Part shown: in pieces, positions 51,219-62,680 of the stretch
How positions within the stretch are numbered: position 1 is the stretch's first letter
Layout: every line of letters starts with the position of its first letter
NCBI RefSeq assembly: GCF_006345805.1
Contig: NC_042999.1
Coordinates: 87,854,001-87,918,000 of the forward strand
Source: Octopus sinensis
Lineage: Eukaryota
Direction of reading: 5' to 3'
Length of the DNA: 64,000 nt
Made by a program: the position numbers and the translations under genes
The notes under the pieces: generated by a model
Databases searched by the model: none
The model's input: only the letters and a program-made list of their open reading frames with translations
Told to the model about the DNA's origin: nothing

Positions 51219-54200
51219 CTACATAGGAACATGAGGACCAGCAATAGATTTTGCTGACTTATCTTGCCAGATTATCGCCAAAAGTAATGTTTTGATATAA
51301 ACTCTAAAGAAGATGTTCTCTTGTGACGTACGCGACAACGTTTAGCGTATTCTCGTTCGAACCTGCGGAAACATAAGAAGAATAACTATGCGAGTCATGT
51401 GTGTGTGTTATCAAAAAATTCAACCGATATTTCGATTTTTTAATACTAAGACATCTATAGGTTCTGACAATATTTCAAGTGTATGAATCAGAATTAGTAT
51501 ATATTTTAATATCAATAATAAATTTCTTGCAACACATACATATAACAACTTCTAACTGAACGACTTAGATTACATTATCCCGACTCAACTTATTTATACT
51601 TACCCTAATACAAAACTCTGGTGTGGTGTCCTGGTATATTTATTTCTCTAGAATTTCACTCATTACTAAAGCCTTTTTCATAAACTAATGTTCACTATTA
51701 ATTAACTTAAGCTATACATCAATAGTCTCTAATCATAGAAATCATAGTAAAGGAAGACAAATAATCTTAAAATTTATTTCTTCATAGTCTTGAACGACTA
51801 TTTTTAAGGGAGGCTTAACATACAGAGTATTACTAAAGGTCTGAGAAATATAAAAATTGCGGTGAAATTGTAGACAAGCTTATATAAAAATTATTTCTAT
51901 TTGCTCAGTAGATCGCATTCTAAAAAGAAATTTCTTTATATGACCAATTATCACATTGTTTAAATTTTATTCCTATAAATTTAGACACTGTTAAAACATT
52001 GTTTTACCTGTGAAATGCAACTATTTAGTCATGAGTAAGGCCTGCTTAAGCAGTTCTATAATTTCTATAACTAAACGCATTCTGGTTATAATCATCAAAT
52101 CTTCCTACAGATATCTGTTACTAAATTATTCCATATGTTCTTTGCATATACGTTTGTGCTAGATTTAAGTGTTGTTTTTTTTAGTGACATATAGATTCTG
52201 TAGAGGTTTTAGGAGATATTTTAATGTAGCTGGTTTATGTCATTCGTTTTAATTCATATGTAATAGAAGCCATTTTCATTATATTCTTTCGATAGCCAAA
52301 ACTAAATAACTAAATAAATAACAAATACGAGGTCCTATCAGAGCGTTCTTGGACCGGGATTATATAAGTTTGAATATCTACTATAGTAAATAATGATAAC
52401 TATATTATTTATATTCTAACACAACCTCTTTCCAATTAGCACTCTTGGGAATGTACACAGCAATTCTAGCATGTCTTACACACTTTAAAGTACAGTGAAA
52501 GTTTTATTCTGGAAGGCAGTCTTGCAACCCACAATTCGGTTTAAATTCCTCTTCCGACTTGGAATAGTGCCTCTTGAACTTCAGTTTCATTTTGGCAAAT
52601 ATTTAACTTACATAGAGTGAAATATGAAAGGTGTGAATCGTCTGGCATTGTGCATTTTATTAAAAATTTGCGTCGTCGTGAGCTAGCAATTTGTGAACGG
52701 ACGTGTTGTTATGATCTAACGACTAATAGCTGTTGCATCATAACAGTTTTGGAGATGCACATCAATCAAGTACTTCGTAACGTCACAGTAAAAGTCAAAA
52801 TTTATCTTACTGTCGGGAAAAATAATCAGTGAATGGTGCCTTTGATGTCGAAAAAGAGAAGAAAAATAACATTGGGTATGCTTTTTATTGCCCTCTGAAC
52901 TTACTGCGTTGTCTTTGATCATGATTACTACGCGCCCTTCCACGACAACGACTGCTGTTTTGTCCTTGGATGTTAGACGTATACTCAAGTTTCACTAGAA
53001 CGATACTTCTAGAGCGACTAATCGCTTCGTCGCTAGCCTTGTAATGAAGCACATGACATCTCAATACATCGCAATGATCAAATGTCTAGAGTTCAAACAA
53101 CAGGTCAATACACAGCAGTGATTGTGTGTCGAGAGATAGATGACAAACTTTGTAAAAATAGATTCATATTCAGGAGATCTTGGAGAATATCACTTTATAA
53201 CTGATTCCACTCACACGAGAGAACTCGTAGTTTGTTCAGTTTCGTTTCTTCATTGATGATTACACTATTTTTGTCTTTTATTTTTTCTGGCCTTTTGCTA
53301 ACGATTACTCAACTTGGAACCATCATCTTGAACCAGCATTCCACTGGCTTTGGAATACATGTATCATTCAAAAACATTTTCCTTTAAGCAAAAGAATTTT
53401 CGCATTCGCGGGACATGGTACCAATTTGCAGATCTTCACACCAAACTTAATGCAAGCGCGTTATTAGAAAATTCAGACGTCGTAAAAATTACAACGTTAC
53501 ACCCCAGACTATAATTGAACACGGATAAATAGCCTTAAGTCTGTTTGATGACTGATTGTGTAAATTGGCAACCAGCTGCATACGCTTTTCCTTTGAATAG
53601 TACGTTCACATCATAAGACAACCGGGGACTTTGTGATAACACTTTGAAACAAACTGATAGCAAAACTGATAATACCTAAAAGTCATAAGCCACTGAGACT
53701 TATTAGTTTTCAGCAATTATATTTTTATAGAGTTTTTACGATGAGAAACCTCACATTTCAACCGAAGTCAAATATATCAGAATATATTGTCTTTTAGCAC
53801 ATAGACAAGACGTTAAATCTTTAATAATGCATGAGCTCACTTGATAAAAAGACCAGAAGTCACACCTGAGGATTTCTCCACATGATACAAATGATCTAAA
53901 TTTCAAATAATAAGATTCAATTAGATGTTCTCTACCTGAATCTAGAGACTCTTATGTTCACAATGTTCACAAATAGTATCTGCTAAAATCTTTCAGCTTC
54001 TCTCAATGATGAGCTTACACACACATACACACCCACACAAACATGGAGAAACACACTCACATGGTTATTAGTAGTACATGCACTTGAAGTGAACTCATCT
54101 AAACGAGATTAATATTTCATGTTAACATTGCAACTCCGAGTTTTTTGCGCGAGCAAACATATTTTGATACTTCTTTTTACATATATACATACATACATAC

Positions 54201-54608
54201 ATTCATACATACATACATACATACATACACATACATACATACATACATAAGAGAAAGTTTCAAGATGTCTGACGAGATAGGTTCATGAGCCAGGAAACTT
54301 TATGTTGCATGGAGCTGAGTGAAGCCGTTATGAAATATATGTAACACTCCAAAAATGAGTTGAGTGCTACTTTCTTTCGTTTGTCCGCTTAATCTGGCAT
54401 ATGTATGTATGTGTGTGTGTGTATGTATGCATTCATGTATGTATGCATGCATGTATGTATGTATGTATGTATGTATGTATGTATGTATGTATGTATGTAT
54501 GTATGTATGTATATGTACATGTGTGCGTGTGCTTGCTTTATACATGATAGTCCGCACGTTGATCAAAATGCTGTGACAATATTTGTAACAACCTTTTATT
54601 AATATTAA

Positions 54609-54820
54609 GGTGGCGAGCTGGCAGAATCGTCTGCATGCCGGACGAAATGCTGCAAAGCATTTCGTCCGTCTTTACGTTCTGAATTCAAATTTCGTCAACG
54701 TCGGCTTTGCCTTTCATCCTATGGGGACCGATGAAATAAGTACCGGTTGCGTACTGGGACCGATGTAATCGACTAGTCCTTCACCAAATTTTCAGTACTT
54801 GTCTCATTATTGGAAAGGAT
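54609..54820 (+). mobile_element. tRNA-head SINE family B
   Basis: GGTGGCGAGCTGGCAGAATCG head, internal 11-bp hairpin GGACGAAATGC/GCATTTCGTCC, B-box-like GAATTCAAAT, and a (CTA)n tail. Confidence 0.75.
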
Positions 54821-54845
54821 TACTACTACTGCTACAACAACAACA

Positions 54846-54926
<81 letters not shown>

Positions 54927-54940
54927 GCTACTACTACTAT
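54820..54940. repeat. (CTA)n/(CAA)n microsatellite
   Basis: Direct reading. Confidence 0.97.
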
Positions 54941-55049
54941 CCTACATTTTTGTAACTCTTAGATACATTTTAAACGACCCGGATATTTCAGTTAGGGAGC
55001 AATTAATAATAAGTCAACAAACCACCCTTAATACTTCCTTTCCTGTGCT

Positions 55050-55490
55050 TTACATAGATAAGACTTTCCTTTAAATACTTGCTGTACCAAGAATCGTTGT
55101 CTTTTACCTGACCTGTAACCTCTCATTAATTCCCATGCAAGTTCTCGAAACTGCCCGAACTGCATCTCTATGCTCCAGTCATCACTGGAACCTCTAAAAC
55201 CTTCCTCATCCGCAACAATTTTTCAACTTCCTCCTTCTCTGACTCATATTTCTCCATCTTTTCATGCTCTTTATCTTTCACTCTACTAACTCCTGGGATA
55301 AAGGTACCGATAATTTCGGCCTGTTTTTCTTTCTGATTTTCTTGCCTCAATCATGCTATCACATTGAATGGTGAAGTCCCACAAAAGCTTAAATTCGTCA
55401 TTTTTTAACACCCCTTCAGTTTCCTGCTTATCCCATTTAGCTGCTTTGGCGAACTGACAATTCTCAGATGTCACCCAGTGTCTATATATA
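55050..55490 (-). mobile_element. Dong/R4-clade 3' fragment (train copy 6)
   Basis: WDKQETEGVLKNDEFKLLWDFTIQCDSMIEARK, EKMEKY, and KTTILGTASI*RKVLSM*. Confidence 0.8.
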
Positions 55491-55644
55491 GCAACATTAC
55501 ATTTCTACCGCGTATTTTACATAATGGTGATTCATTTTTTTCAACATGATGTTTAATGTAGTTAGTTCGGAGAGCATGCACCTAGGCCGTTGAAAATCAG
55601 AGATAATGAACATCACCATCATCATCGTCATCGTTATTATTAGT

Positions 55645-56510
55645 ATTTCTTTTTATCATAGGTTTTGTTGGAACTCCTAGTCTTGCATGCGTAGCGGGCT
55701 TGTTGCCTGCAGTCTACGGTACCATGTTATCCGTTCTTTTCATCTCTCTAATACTTTCCTGATTATTCTGGCCATGTCAAGGAGGCCAACATTCTATAAC
55801 AGTTCTGCTAGGCACTCTATTCCGATTTCGTTTATATTCCTCTTGATACCATCTGATACTGTCCCCAAAGACCCAACAATAATTGACACTGTCTCCATAG
55901 CCAGGCTATTTCGTATTTGATAGGGTTGTATTTATCTATTTTTTCGCCTTCTTTTTTGACTTCGTGGACCGAATGGGCGCCCAACATCCCCAATATAACA
56001 TATGTGGTGCATCTTATCGTTTACTCCTAGGTCCGGTCTGTTATGCTCTAGCACCTGATCTGTTTGGATTGGGAAATCTCAGAAGATTTGCAAGTTTCCG
56101 ACTCTGCCACTCTCTGCGGTTTGTGCTCATACATCTCCTTGCCTCTCATTTTTCGCATAGTTTCCAATATAACACTCCCGCTAATTGATCGTGTCGCCAC
56201 AACTTTTAGTGGTTTTGAGCAAGTCTAAAGAATTCGTTCGTGATATGGGCAATGGTTTCAGATGCAGCACAGCGAAGGCACTTGCTCATTCCTAATGTTG
56301 GACCTCCAATTCATAGCCAAAGCTTGGTCTTGCACTGCCAGTATAATGCTCTCAGACTATTTTTTCAGTGTTCTACTTCTCAGAGCCCTCGATTTCACTT
56401 GTTCTGGCTAATTTTGTAAGGGCGGACATCTTTTTGTCAAGTGTCTCACAGGGCCTCTTTCTACGATACTTAACATCCAGGTAAAAATCTCGCTGTCCCC
56501 AATAAAGCAG
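55645..56510 (-). mobile_element. Dong/R4-clade 3' fragment with 3' UTR (train copy 5)
   Basis: SIILAVQDQALA, WRHDQLAGVLYWKLCEK, KIDKYNPIKYEIAWLWR and LLDMARIIRKVLE. The 3' UTR ends in an AAT/GAT repeat. Confidence 0.8.
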
Positions 56511-56514
56511 TTTT

Positions 56515-56830
56515 CTGAATTTCTCCAATAACTACTAAATGACATTTACTTTTTACACTGCCCACACTCATACAAACTCATCTTGTACTTCCCGATCTTC
56601 TCCAGTTGTTTATCATCATCTCATACATCCTCAGGCATGGCTATATCTATGATCTTCGTTTCCTTCATGATTTCTTCAGCTACAAAAGTGTTTAATCTCC
56701 GAGCATTAATCACTGAATCATACTGTATTGTAAAATCCCACTGGATCTTCTAATCATTCACTCTGATGACTACTGGTCTATGCTCGTACCATTTCAATAT
56801 TCTTTCAACATCGTATTTCTCTCATTATCT
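56515..56830 (-). mobile_element. Dong/R4-clade RLE-region fragment (train copy 4)
   Basis: KWYEHRPVVI..WDFTIQYDSVINARR..KIIDIAMP..KQLEKIGKY. Confidence 0.75.
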
Positions 56831-56847
56831 CCAATGATCATTATTAT

Positions 56848-57148
56848 TTCTTTTTATCACAGGTTTTGTTGGAACTCCTGAAGTCTTGCATGCGTAGCCA
56901 GTTTGCTGCCTGCAGCCAACTTTACCATGCTGTCTGTTATTTTCAACTATCTAATACTTTCCTGATTATTCTAGCCGTGCCAAGGAGGCAAATCATTTGT
57001 AATAATTCTACTGGGTACCCTATTACAATTTCCTTTATATTCCTCTTGACGCCTTCTGATACTGTAACCAAAGACACAACAATAATTGACACTATCTTCA
57101 CCTTCACTTTCCATAGCTGGGCTATTTCGAACTTGAGAGGGTTTTATT
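56848..57148 (-). mobile_element. Dong/R4-clade extreme 3' end (train copy 3), same family as 55645-55920
   Basis: LKFEIAQLWKVKVKIVSIIV..CLLGTARIIRKVLD. The 3' UTR GCATGCAAGAC..GGAGTTCCAACAAAACCT.TGATAAAAAGAAAT is shared with copy 5. Confidence 0.85.
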
Positions 57149-57152
57149 TATC

Positions 57153-57163
57153 TATTATCATCA

Positions 57164-57207
<44 letters not shown>
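57153..57207. repeat. (TAT)n/(CAT)n junction microsatellite
   Basis: Direct reading. Confidence 0.97.
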
Positions 57208-57208
<1 letters not shown>

Positions 57209-58353
57209 TATGTTTGACTTTTGCTTTATATTTGTACAAGTTGGCTCCAAGTCTCACCCAGAGACCTCAAGAGACAACAGGGTTGGAAGTTCATGTTGTT
57301 GTTATGCCTAGTGTGCCATATATTTGGGGGGTGGGGATGTTGTACTAATGAATGTCTAAAAAAAAAAAAAGTTTTTTTTTTTTTTAATTTTTAAACCGAA
57401 AATTATGGTTGTTTTAAACCTTGAGGTTACATAGAGAGTATTTTGCGTATGATATGAGCAGTTCCCATGAGCACTATCTTTTGAACTTCTGCCATTTTTG
57501 GGTTTCCTGGTATCTGAGTTAGGTAGCTATCAGCCCCTTTTGCTATCATTCCCAGGGCACCTATGACAACAGGTATTGTTTTAGTCTTCAGCTTCCACAT
57601 TTTGCTGATTTCTATTTCAAGATCTTTATATTTGCTCAGTTTTTGGTAGGTCCTGACAGATACGTTTATATCGATTGGGACAGTCATATCAATGAGGAGG
57701 CATGTTCTTTGTTTGAAGTCTTTCAATATGATGTCTGGCCTATTTGCATCTATCTTCCTGTCAGTTTGAATGGTGAAGTTCCAGAGGAGTGAGATGTGGT
57801 CATTTTCAAGCACTGGGGGTGGTTTGTGTTCCCACCAGTTTTTTTCATGGGGCAAATCCAGGTTTTTACAGATTACCCAGTGAATATATTGTGCAGCTCT
57901 ATCGTGCCTGTTGAGATACTCTGTAGGCGCTAGAAGACTGCACTTGGAGACCACATGGTCAATGGTTTCATTTTGTTGCTTGCATACACGACACGTTGGA
58001 CTGCTTCTGATCTTTAATATGTTGGCCTGGTAGTTTCTTGTTGGTAGGCATTGATCTTGAGCTGCTATGATAAACCCCTCTGTTTCAGATTTTAAGCCAG
58101 AGGCCATTAGCCATTGATGGGTCAGGGCTTTGTCGATATCTGCATTATTCGCTCTCTTTGGGTATTTGCCGTAGAGAGGTTTTTCTTGCCATTTATTATT
58201 CAGAATATCTAAGGCCGCAGTTTTGGCACGGGTTTTCATGCGCCTAGCTTTTTCTGTGCTTGTTTCTTGTATGTCTATCTCTAATTCCGAAATTGGTTGT
58301 ATTCGGAATTCACTTAGATATTCCTTTGCCTGTTTTGTGACTGAGTATGATGC
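57208..58353 (-). mobile_element. Young 5'-truncated Dong/R4-clade copy (train copy 2)
   Basis: Uninterrupted frame 58353-57427 plus a ~220-bp 3' UTR, flanked on both sides by (AAT)n. Confidence 0.93.
57427..58353 (-). CDS. Open C-terminal fragment (308 codons) of a Dong/R4 ORF: CCHC knuckle plus restriction-like endonuclease
   Basis: CRVCKQQNETIDHVVSKC, RHD, WNFTIQTD and NRPDII..LIDMTVP..KLSKYKDL. The frame extends 38 codons upstream of the listed ATG to the microsatellite. Confidence 0.9.
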   Translation of the reverse strand, partial: ASYSVTKQAKEYLSEFRIQPISELEIDIQETSTEKARRMKTRAKTAALDILNNKWQEKPLYGKYPKRANNADIDKALTHQWLMASGLKSETEGFIIAAQDQCLPTRNYQANILKIRSSPTCRVCKQQNETIDHVVSKCSLLAPTEYLNRHDRAAQYIHWVICKNLDLPHEKNWWEHKPPPVLENDHISLLWNFTIQTDRKIDANRPDIILKDFKQRTCLLIDMTVPIDINVSVRTYQKLSKYKDLEIEISKMWKLKTKTIPVVIGALGMIAKGADSYLTQIPGNPKMAEVQKIVLMGTAHIIRKILSM

Positions 58354-58425
<72 letters not shown>

Positions 58426-58434
58426 TATTATTAT
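58354..58434. repeat. (TAT)n junction microsatellite
   Basis: Direct reading. Confidence 0.98.
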
Positions 58435-58603
58435 TTATTTTTTTCCTTCTTTCAAATTTTCTTCCGTTTCTCGCCGAGTGTTTTCCATACACCTAGGGCA
58501 GAGAAGGGCATTGTATGCATTCCCAGATTACACGCGCAAATTCACAGATAAAATATGTAGTTAAAAATTAATAAATAAATAAATTCATGGATGGGTGTTA
58601 TTT

Positions 58604-61600
58604 TCACAGCGATAGTGCTCTTCTCAGTACATGAGCCGTTCCAGTTAATACGATTTTTTGCACTTCCTGTAGGGATGGTGAGCCTTGAATAATTTTCAAA
58701 TAGGTTTCAGTACCTTTTTTTTTTATCATTCCTAGGGATCTTACAATCATTGGTACTGTAGTCGCCTTGAGATGCCACATTTTTTTCAATTTCTATTAGC
58801 AGGTCTTTATATTTACTAATCTTGTCAAATTCTTTCGTCGCTATATTGTGATCACAGGAATACTCGTGTCAATTAATAAACACATCCTTTTTGTCTGATC
58901 TTTTATAATAATATCCGGTTTATTAGCTTTTATAGTCTTGTCGGTCTGCACGGGGAAGTCCCATAGGATCGACACATTTTCTTCCTTAGTCACGGCTTCA
59001 GGATGATGTTTATACCATTTGTCAGCGGTTTTGATTTTATAATGCCGACATATTGTCCAATGCAAATACTGGCCGACTCTGTCATGTCTTGCTAAGACTC
59101 TACACCCTGAGATTAGGTGGTATATTGTTTCAATCTCATCATTACAGAATCGGCATTTTGGGTCAGCTCCATTTTTCATCACATTGGCTTGGTAGTTCCG
59201 GGTTAATAAGCTTTTGTCTTGAGCAGCTAATATGAAACCTTCACTCTCTGCTTTTAGCCCTGAGCTTCGTAACCATTGGTGCGTGTGTTTCTGGTCGACA
59301 TCAGCTTGTTTGCTACGGGCCACATACTTGCCATGGAGAGGTTTCTGTTCCCATCTGCTAGCTAAATTTTCATGTGCTTTTGTCTTTGCAATTAATTTTA
59401 TTTTCTTTGCAGCTGCAGTTGGCGCATTTCCTTCAGCCTGCTCAATCTGGCGGGTATCTAAGAGATCAGCAGCGAATTTTTTGCTCTCTTTGAGAATAGA
59501 GTGAAGTCTTTTCAGTCTTCCATGTTTTTCAACAAGTTTTAGATTCCAATCGTTGGTTGCTTCAAGGTATTTGGCCAATCCGATTGTGGTGGTTTTGTAT
59601 GTAAGTTCAAGCTGGATCAAACCTCGACCTCCCTGAGCTCTGGGAAGGTAAAGGCGATCCATGTCTGCCTTTGGATGGTGCATCTTATTACAAGCTTGCG
59701 GATTTTTCCGTCAATTTTCATTATTTCACTGGTATTCCAGTTAAGCACATTGAAGCTATATAGAACAACTGGTACTGCTAAGGAATTTATGGCTAACACC
59801 TTATTATATGCATTCAGCTCAGGCTTCAGGAATGCTCGAACTCTTCTATAACATTCTTTCCTAACCTTCTCTTTCATGCTTGCATGCTGGATACCAGAGC
59901 CTTCATTTATTCCTAGGTATTTATAGGTTTGTTCCTGCTCAAGTTCCTTTATGACTATTTCGACATCTAATTCGATTGAACTAGACTTTACCAATTTCCC
60001 TTTCTTAAAAGTGGCTTTGGCACACTTTTCAAAGCCAAACTCCATCCCGATATCATCACTGAATCCTTTCACAGTATGTAATAATCCTTCAAGCTCTTCA
60101 TCATCTTTGCCCTATAGCTTTAAGTCATCCATATAAAATAGATGGCTTAGTTTTCTGTTGTCAATTTTGTAGCCTTATCCTATTCTATTCAGTTTACTTG
60201 AGAGTGGTATTAGTGCTATGCAGGAAATTAGTGGTGAAAGTGAGTCACCTTGGAAAATTCCACAGTTTATGCTAATGTTGTTTGAGTGCAATACTCCATT
60301 AGAATGATATAATTGGAGCCTCGTGTTCCACAGTGACATACTATACTTTAAAAAATCTGAAATCACAGGAGAAATTTTGAAAATGTCCAGCGATTTCAGA
60401 ATCCACGAATGTGGTATGCTGTCAAAGGCTTTTTTATAATCAATCCATGAAGAACTGCGGTTTCTGCGCTTGTTATGGCAGTTCTCAAGGATCATGCGAT
60501 TAATTAGGAGCTGATCTTTGCATCCGTATGAGCCTCGTCTGCATCCTTTTTGTTCAGTGGGGAAGAGGTTATTCTCTTCCATAAACGTATATGTTTTCTC
60601 TACTAGAATAGATGTCAAAATCTTATAGGTAGTAGATATACATGTTATAGGCCGGTAGCTTTTGGGGTCTTTCATTTTGTTATTTTGGGGGAGGAGGTAA
60701 GTAATACCATTTGCCATCCAATGTGGCGTTTTTTCCGGGTCTTTCATAATACTATTAAATAGTATTACTAACATTTTGTGTGCGGACCAGAGTGATGAGA
60801 GCCAGAAAGTTGGTACTCTATCAATACCAGGGGATTTCCACTTATGAGCTTTCGTTAGTGCCCTCCTTAGGTCGGCGATTGAGATGTCTTCCCATACCTG
60901 TTCTTGTAGATTTTTGTAGTCATCTTTGGTGCGTTTGATCCACTCTACATTTTCATTGTATGGTTTCTCATCACTCCAGATCCCCTTCCAAAAGTTTTCA
61001 ACTTCTTCCATTAGGGGTGGATTTTCAATGGTTATTTTTCTTTCCCTATTTCCCTGTAAAATGATATGGCATTGGATTTGAACATCATATTTTGTTTGTA
61101 GAATTTGATTCTTTTCTCAAATCTGCGTATTCTCTGAGCTTTTGCTTGAACTTTTTGTTTAAGTGTTTCTTTCGCTGACATTGGTCCTTCTCTTGTTGAG
61201 TGTCCATATTTTCTCACAATTTTCCTGCCTTTTATTGATCTTACATCATTTCCAGAGATTAGCTCAGTTAATATTGATATCTCCCTTCGCAATCATTCAA
61301 TTTCAGTTTCAATTCTTCTCCTCCAGTTTGATTTTCTTTTCGAATTTGGTATTGTTGGCTTTTTGGGTATTAAACAGCGTCTTTCGATTACCTTAGCGAC
61401 AGAGTAAATAATTTCATTTAATTTATTAAGATCGAGTTTTAGTTGTTGTATGATTTCCTATGTAACGCAGTTGCCAATTTTTATTTGTGTTTTATGTTGG
61501 TGTGCATTTGAGAGTTTATGGAGTGGTTCCCTATCATTCATAGTTGTATGGCCTACAACTGCAAGCTCATTCAGAATTTCTTGCTTCATTTTAATGATAG

Positions 61601-62200
61601 ATTTTCTGTGTTGTTCAACAAACATGAGGTCTTCAAGTTCTGTTTCGACATCATTTTCCGGGCTGTTTTTTCTAGGGTCATATTTTCCTTCTTCTTCAGG
61701 ATCTTGAGTCGTTTCGGCAGAAGGTCGCCTTTCAGTCAATGCTTGTGGCCCAACATTTCTCTCCTCAGCTTCGTTATTTCTTTCCTAACTTACATTTAGG
61801 TCATTCTCTACCATTTTTTAAATAGAGGTTAATTCTGAATCTGTGAGTCTGGTATTTCTGAAGATATCTCTTCTAACATTTGCTAATCTGTTTTCATCCA
61901 GGTTTGGTCTGCTAGCTGGATTCCGGCTCCTCCAAATTCTGTAGGAGTTTGCGGTGTGTTTTTCTTGGGTTGGCCTACTTAATGCAAAGTAATAAGCATA
62001 TATTACTTCTTTATATTCTTCCCGGTTCCATTTAGTTCTTTTACTCTTTTGATTTTCTGGTCGTTGTGGTGGTGAACTTTGGGGGCTTAATTTGGGACAA
62101 ATCCCATTTAAGTGACCTTCCAGTTTGGTATTCGGGGAAGATATTCTTCCAGGAAGATATTCTTCCAGGAAGATATTCTGTCATTTGAAAATGTTGCCAT
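58604..62200 (-). pseudogene. Single ORF (N-terminal domain, RT, CCHC, RLE) of the full-length Dong/R4 copy, broken by stops and frameshifts
   Basis: ORF-track pieces 61458-61739, 61032-61292, 60175-61011, 59617-60072, 58841-59683 and 58604-58789 are collinear parts of one protein. Confidence 0.92.
62136..62179. repeat. 16-bp tandem repeat x~2.7 (GGAAGATATTCTTCCA) in the Dong ORF start
   Basis: Direct reading. Confidence 0.95.
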
Positions 62201-62319
62201 CAGGCTGGCAGCCTCCTGACGGGCGCGCTTCCTTTATAACCATTGGGCAAGCGATTCGGTGTACTGTTAGAAATTTTCTTTTCAAGTAAAGTTAAATTAT
62301 TATATAGGGGCCTCATTTA

Positions 62320-62478
62320 TCATCATTAGCAGCAGCTGCATCCCGAGTAGTTGTAGCAGCAGCAATATCATTGTCAGCAGTTGCAGCGGCAGTGGTAGTA
62401 GGAATAGTAATGTATTATTATTATTATTATTATCATTATTATTATTATTACTATTACTACTACTACTACTACTACTAC

Positions 62479-62539
<61 letters not shown>

Positions 62540-62680
62540 TCTTATTATTATTATTGATATCCTCCTCCTCCTCCTCATCATCATCATCATTATCATCATC
62601 ATCAGCAGCAGCAGCAGCAGTAGCAGTAGTGGCAGTAGTGGCAGTAGTGGCAGTAGTGGCAGCAGTAGCAGCAGCAGCGT
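62320..62680. repeat. Compound trinucleotide/9-mer low-complexity tract (AGC, TAT, TAC, CCT, CAT, AGTAGTGGC)
   Basis: Direct reading. Confidence 0.93.

Larger units (their letters stand above)
58435..62295 (-). mobile_element. Full-length Dong/R4-clade non-LTR retrotransposon (train copy 1), disabled
   Basis: N-terminal KRTKWNREEYKEVIYAYY..YRIWRSRNP..DENRLANVRRDI. RT motifs YRPITC, QKGC, DYKKAFDSIPH, GIFQGDSLSPL and LFYMDDL. CRFC..HLISGC, RHD, KPDII..LID. 3' UTR ends at (AAT)n. The 5' boundary is approximate. Confidence 0.95.

Noticed and set aside
57153-58434. Repeat-spacer-like alternation of (AAT)n and unique sequence
   Set aside because: Not CRISPR: eukaryotic microsatellites flanking retrotransposon copies, with no fixed-length repeats or cas genes.
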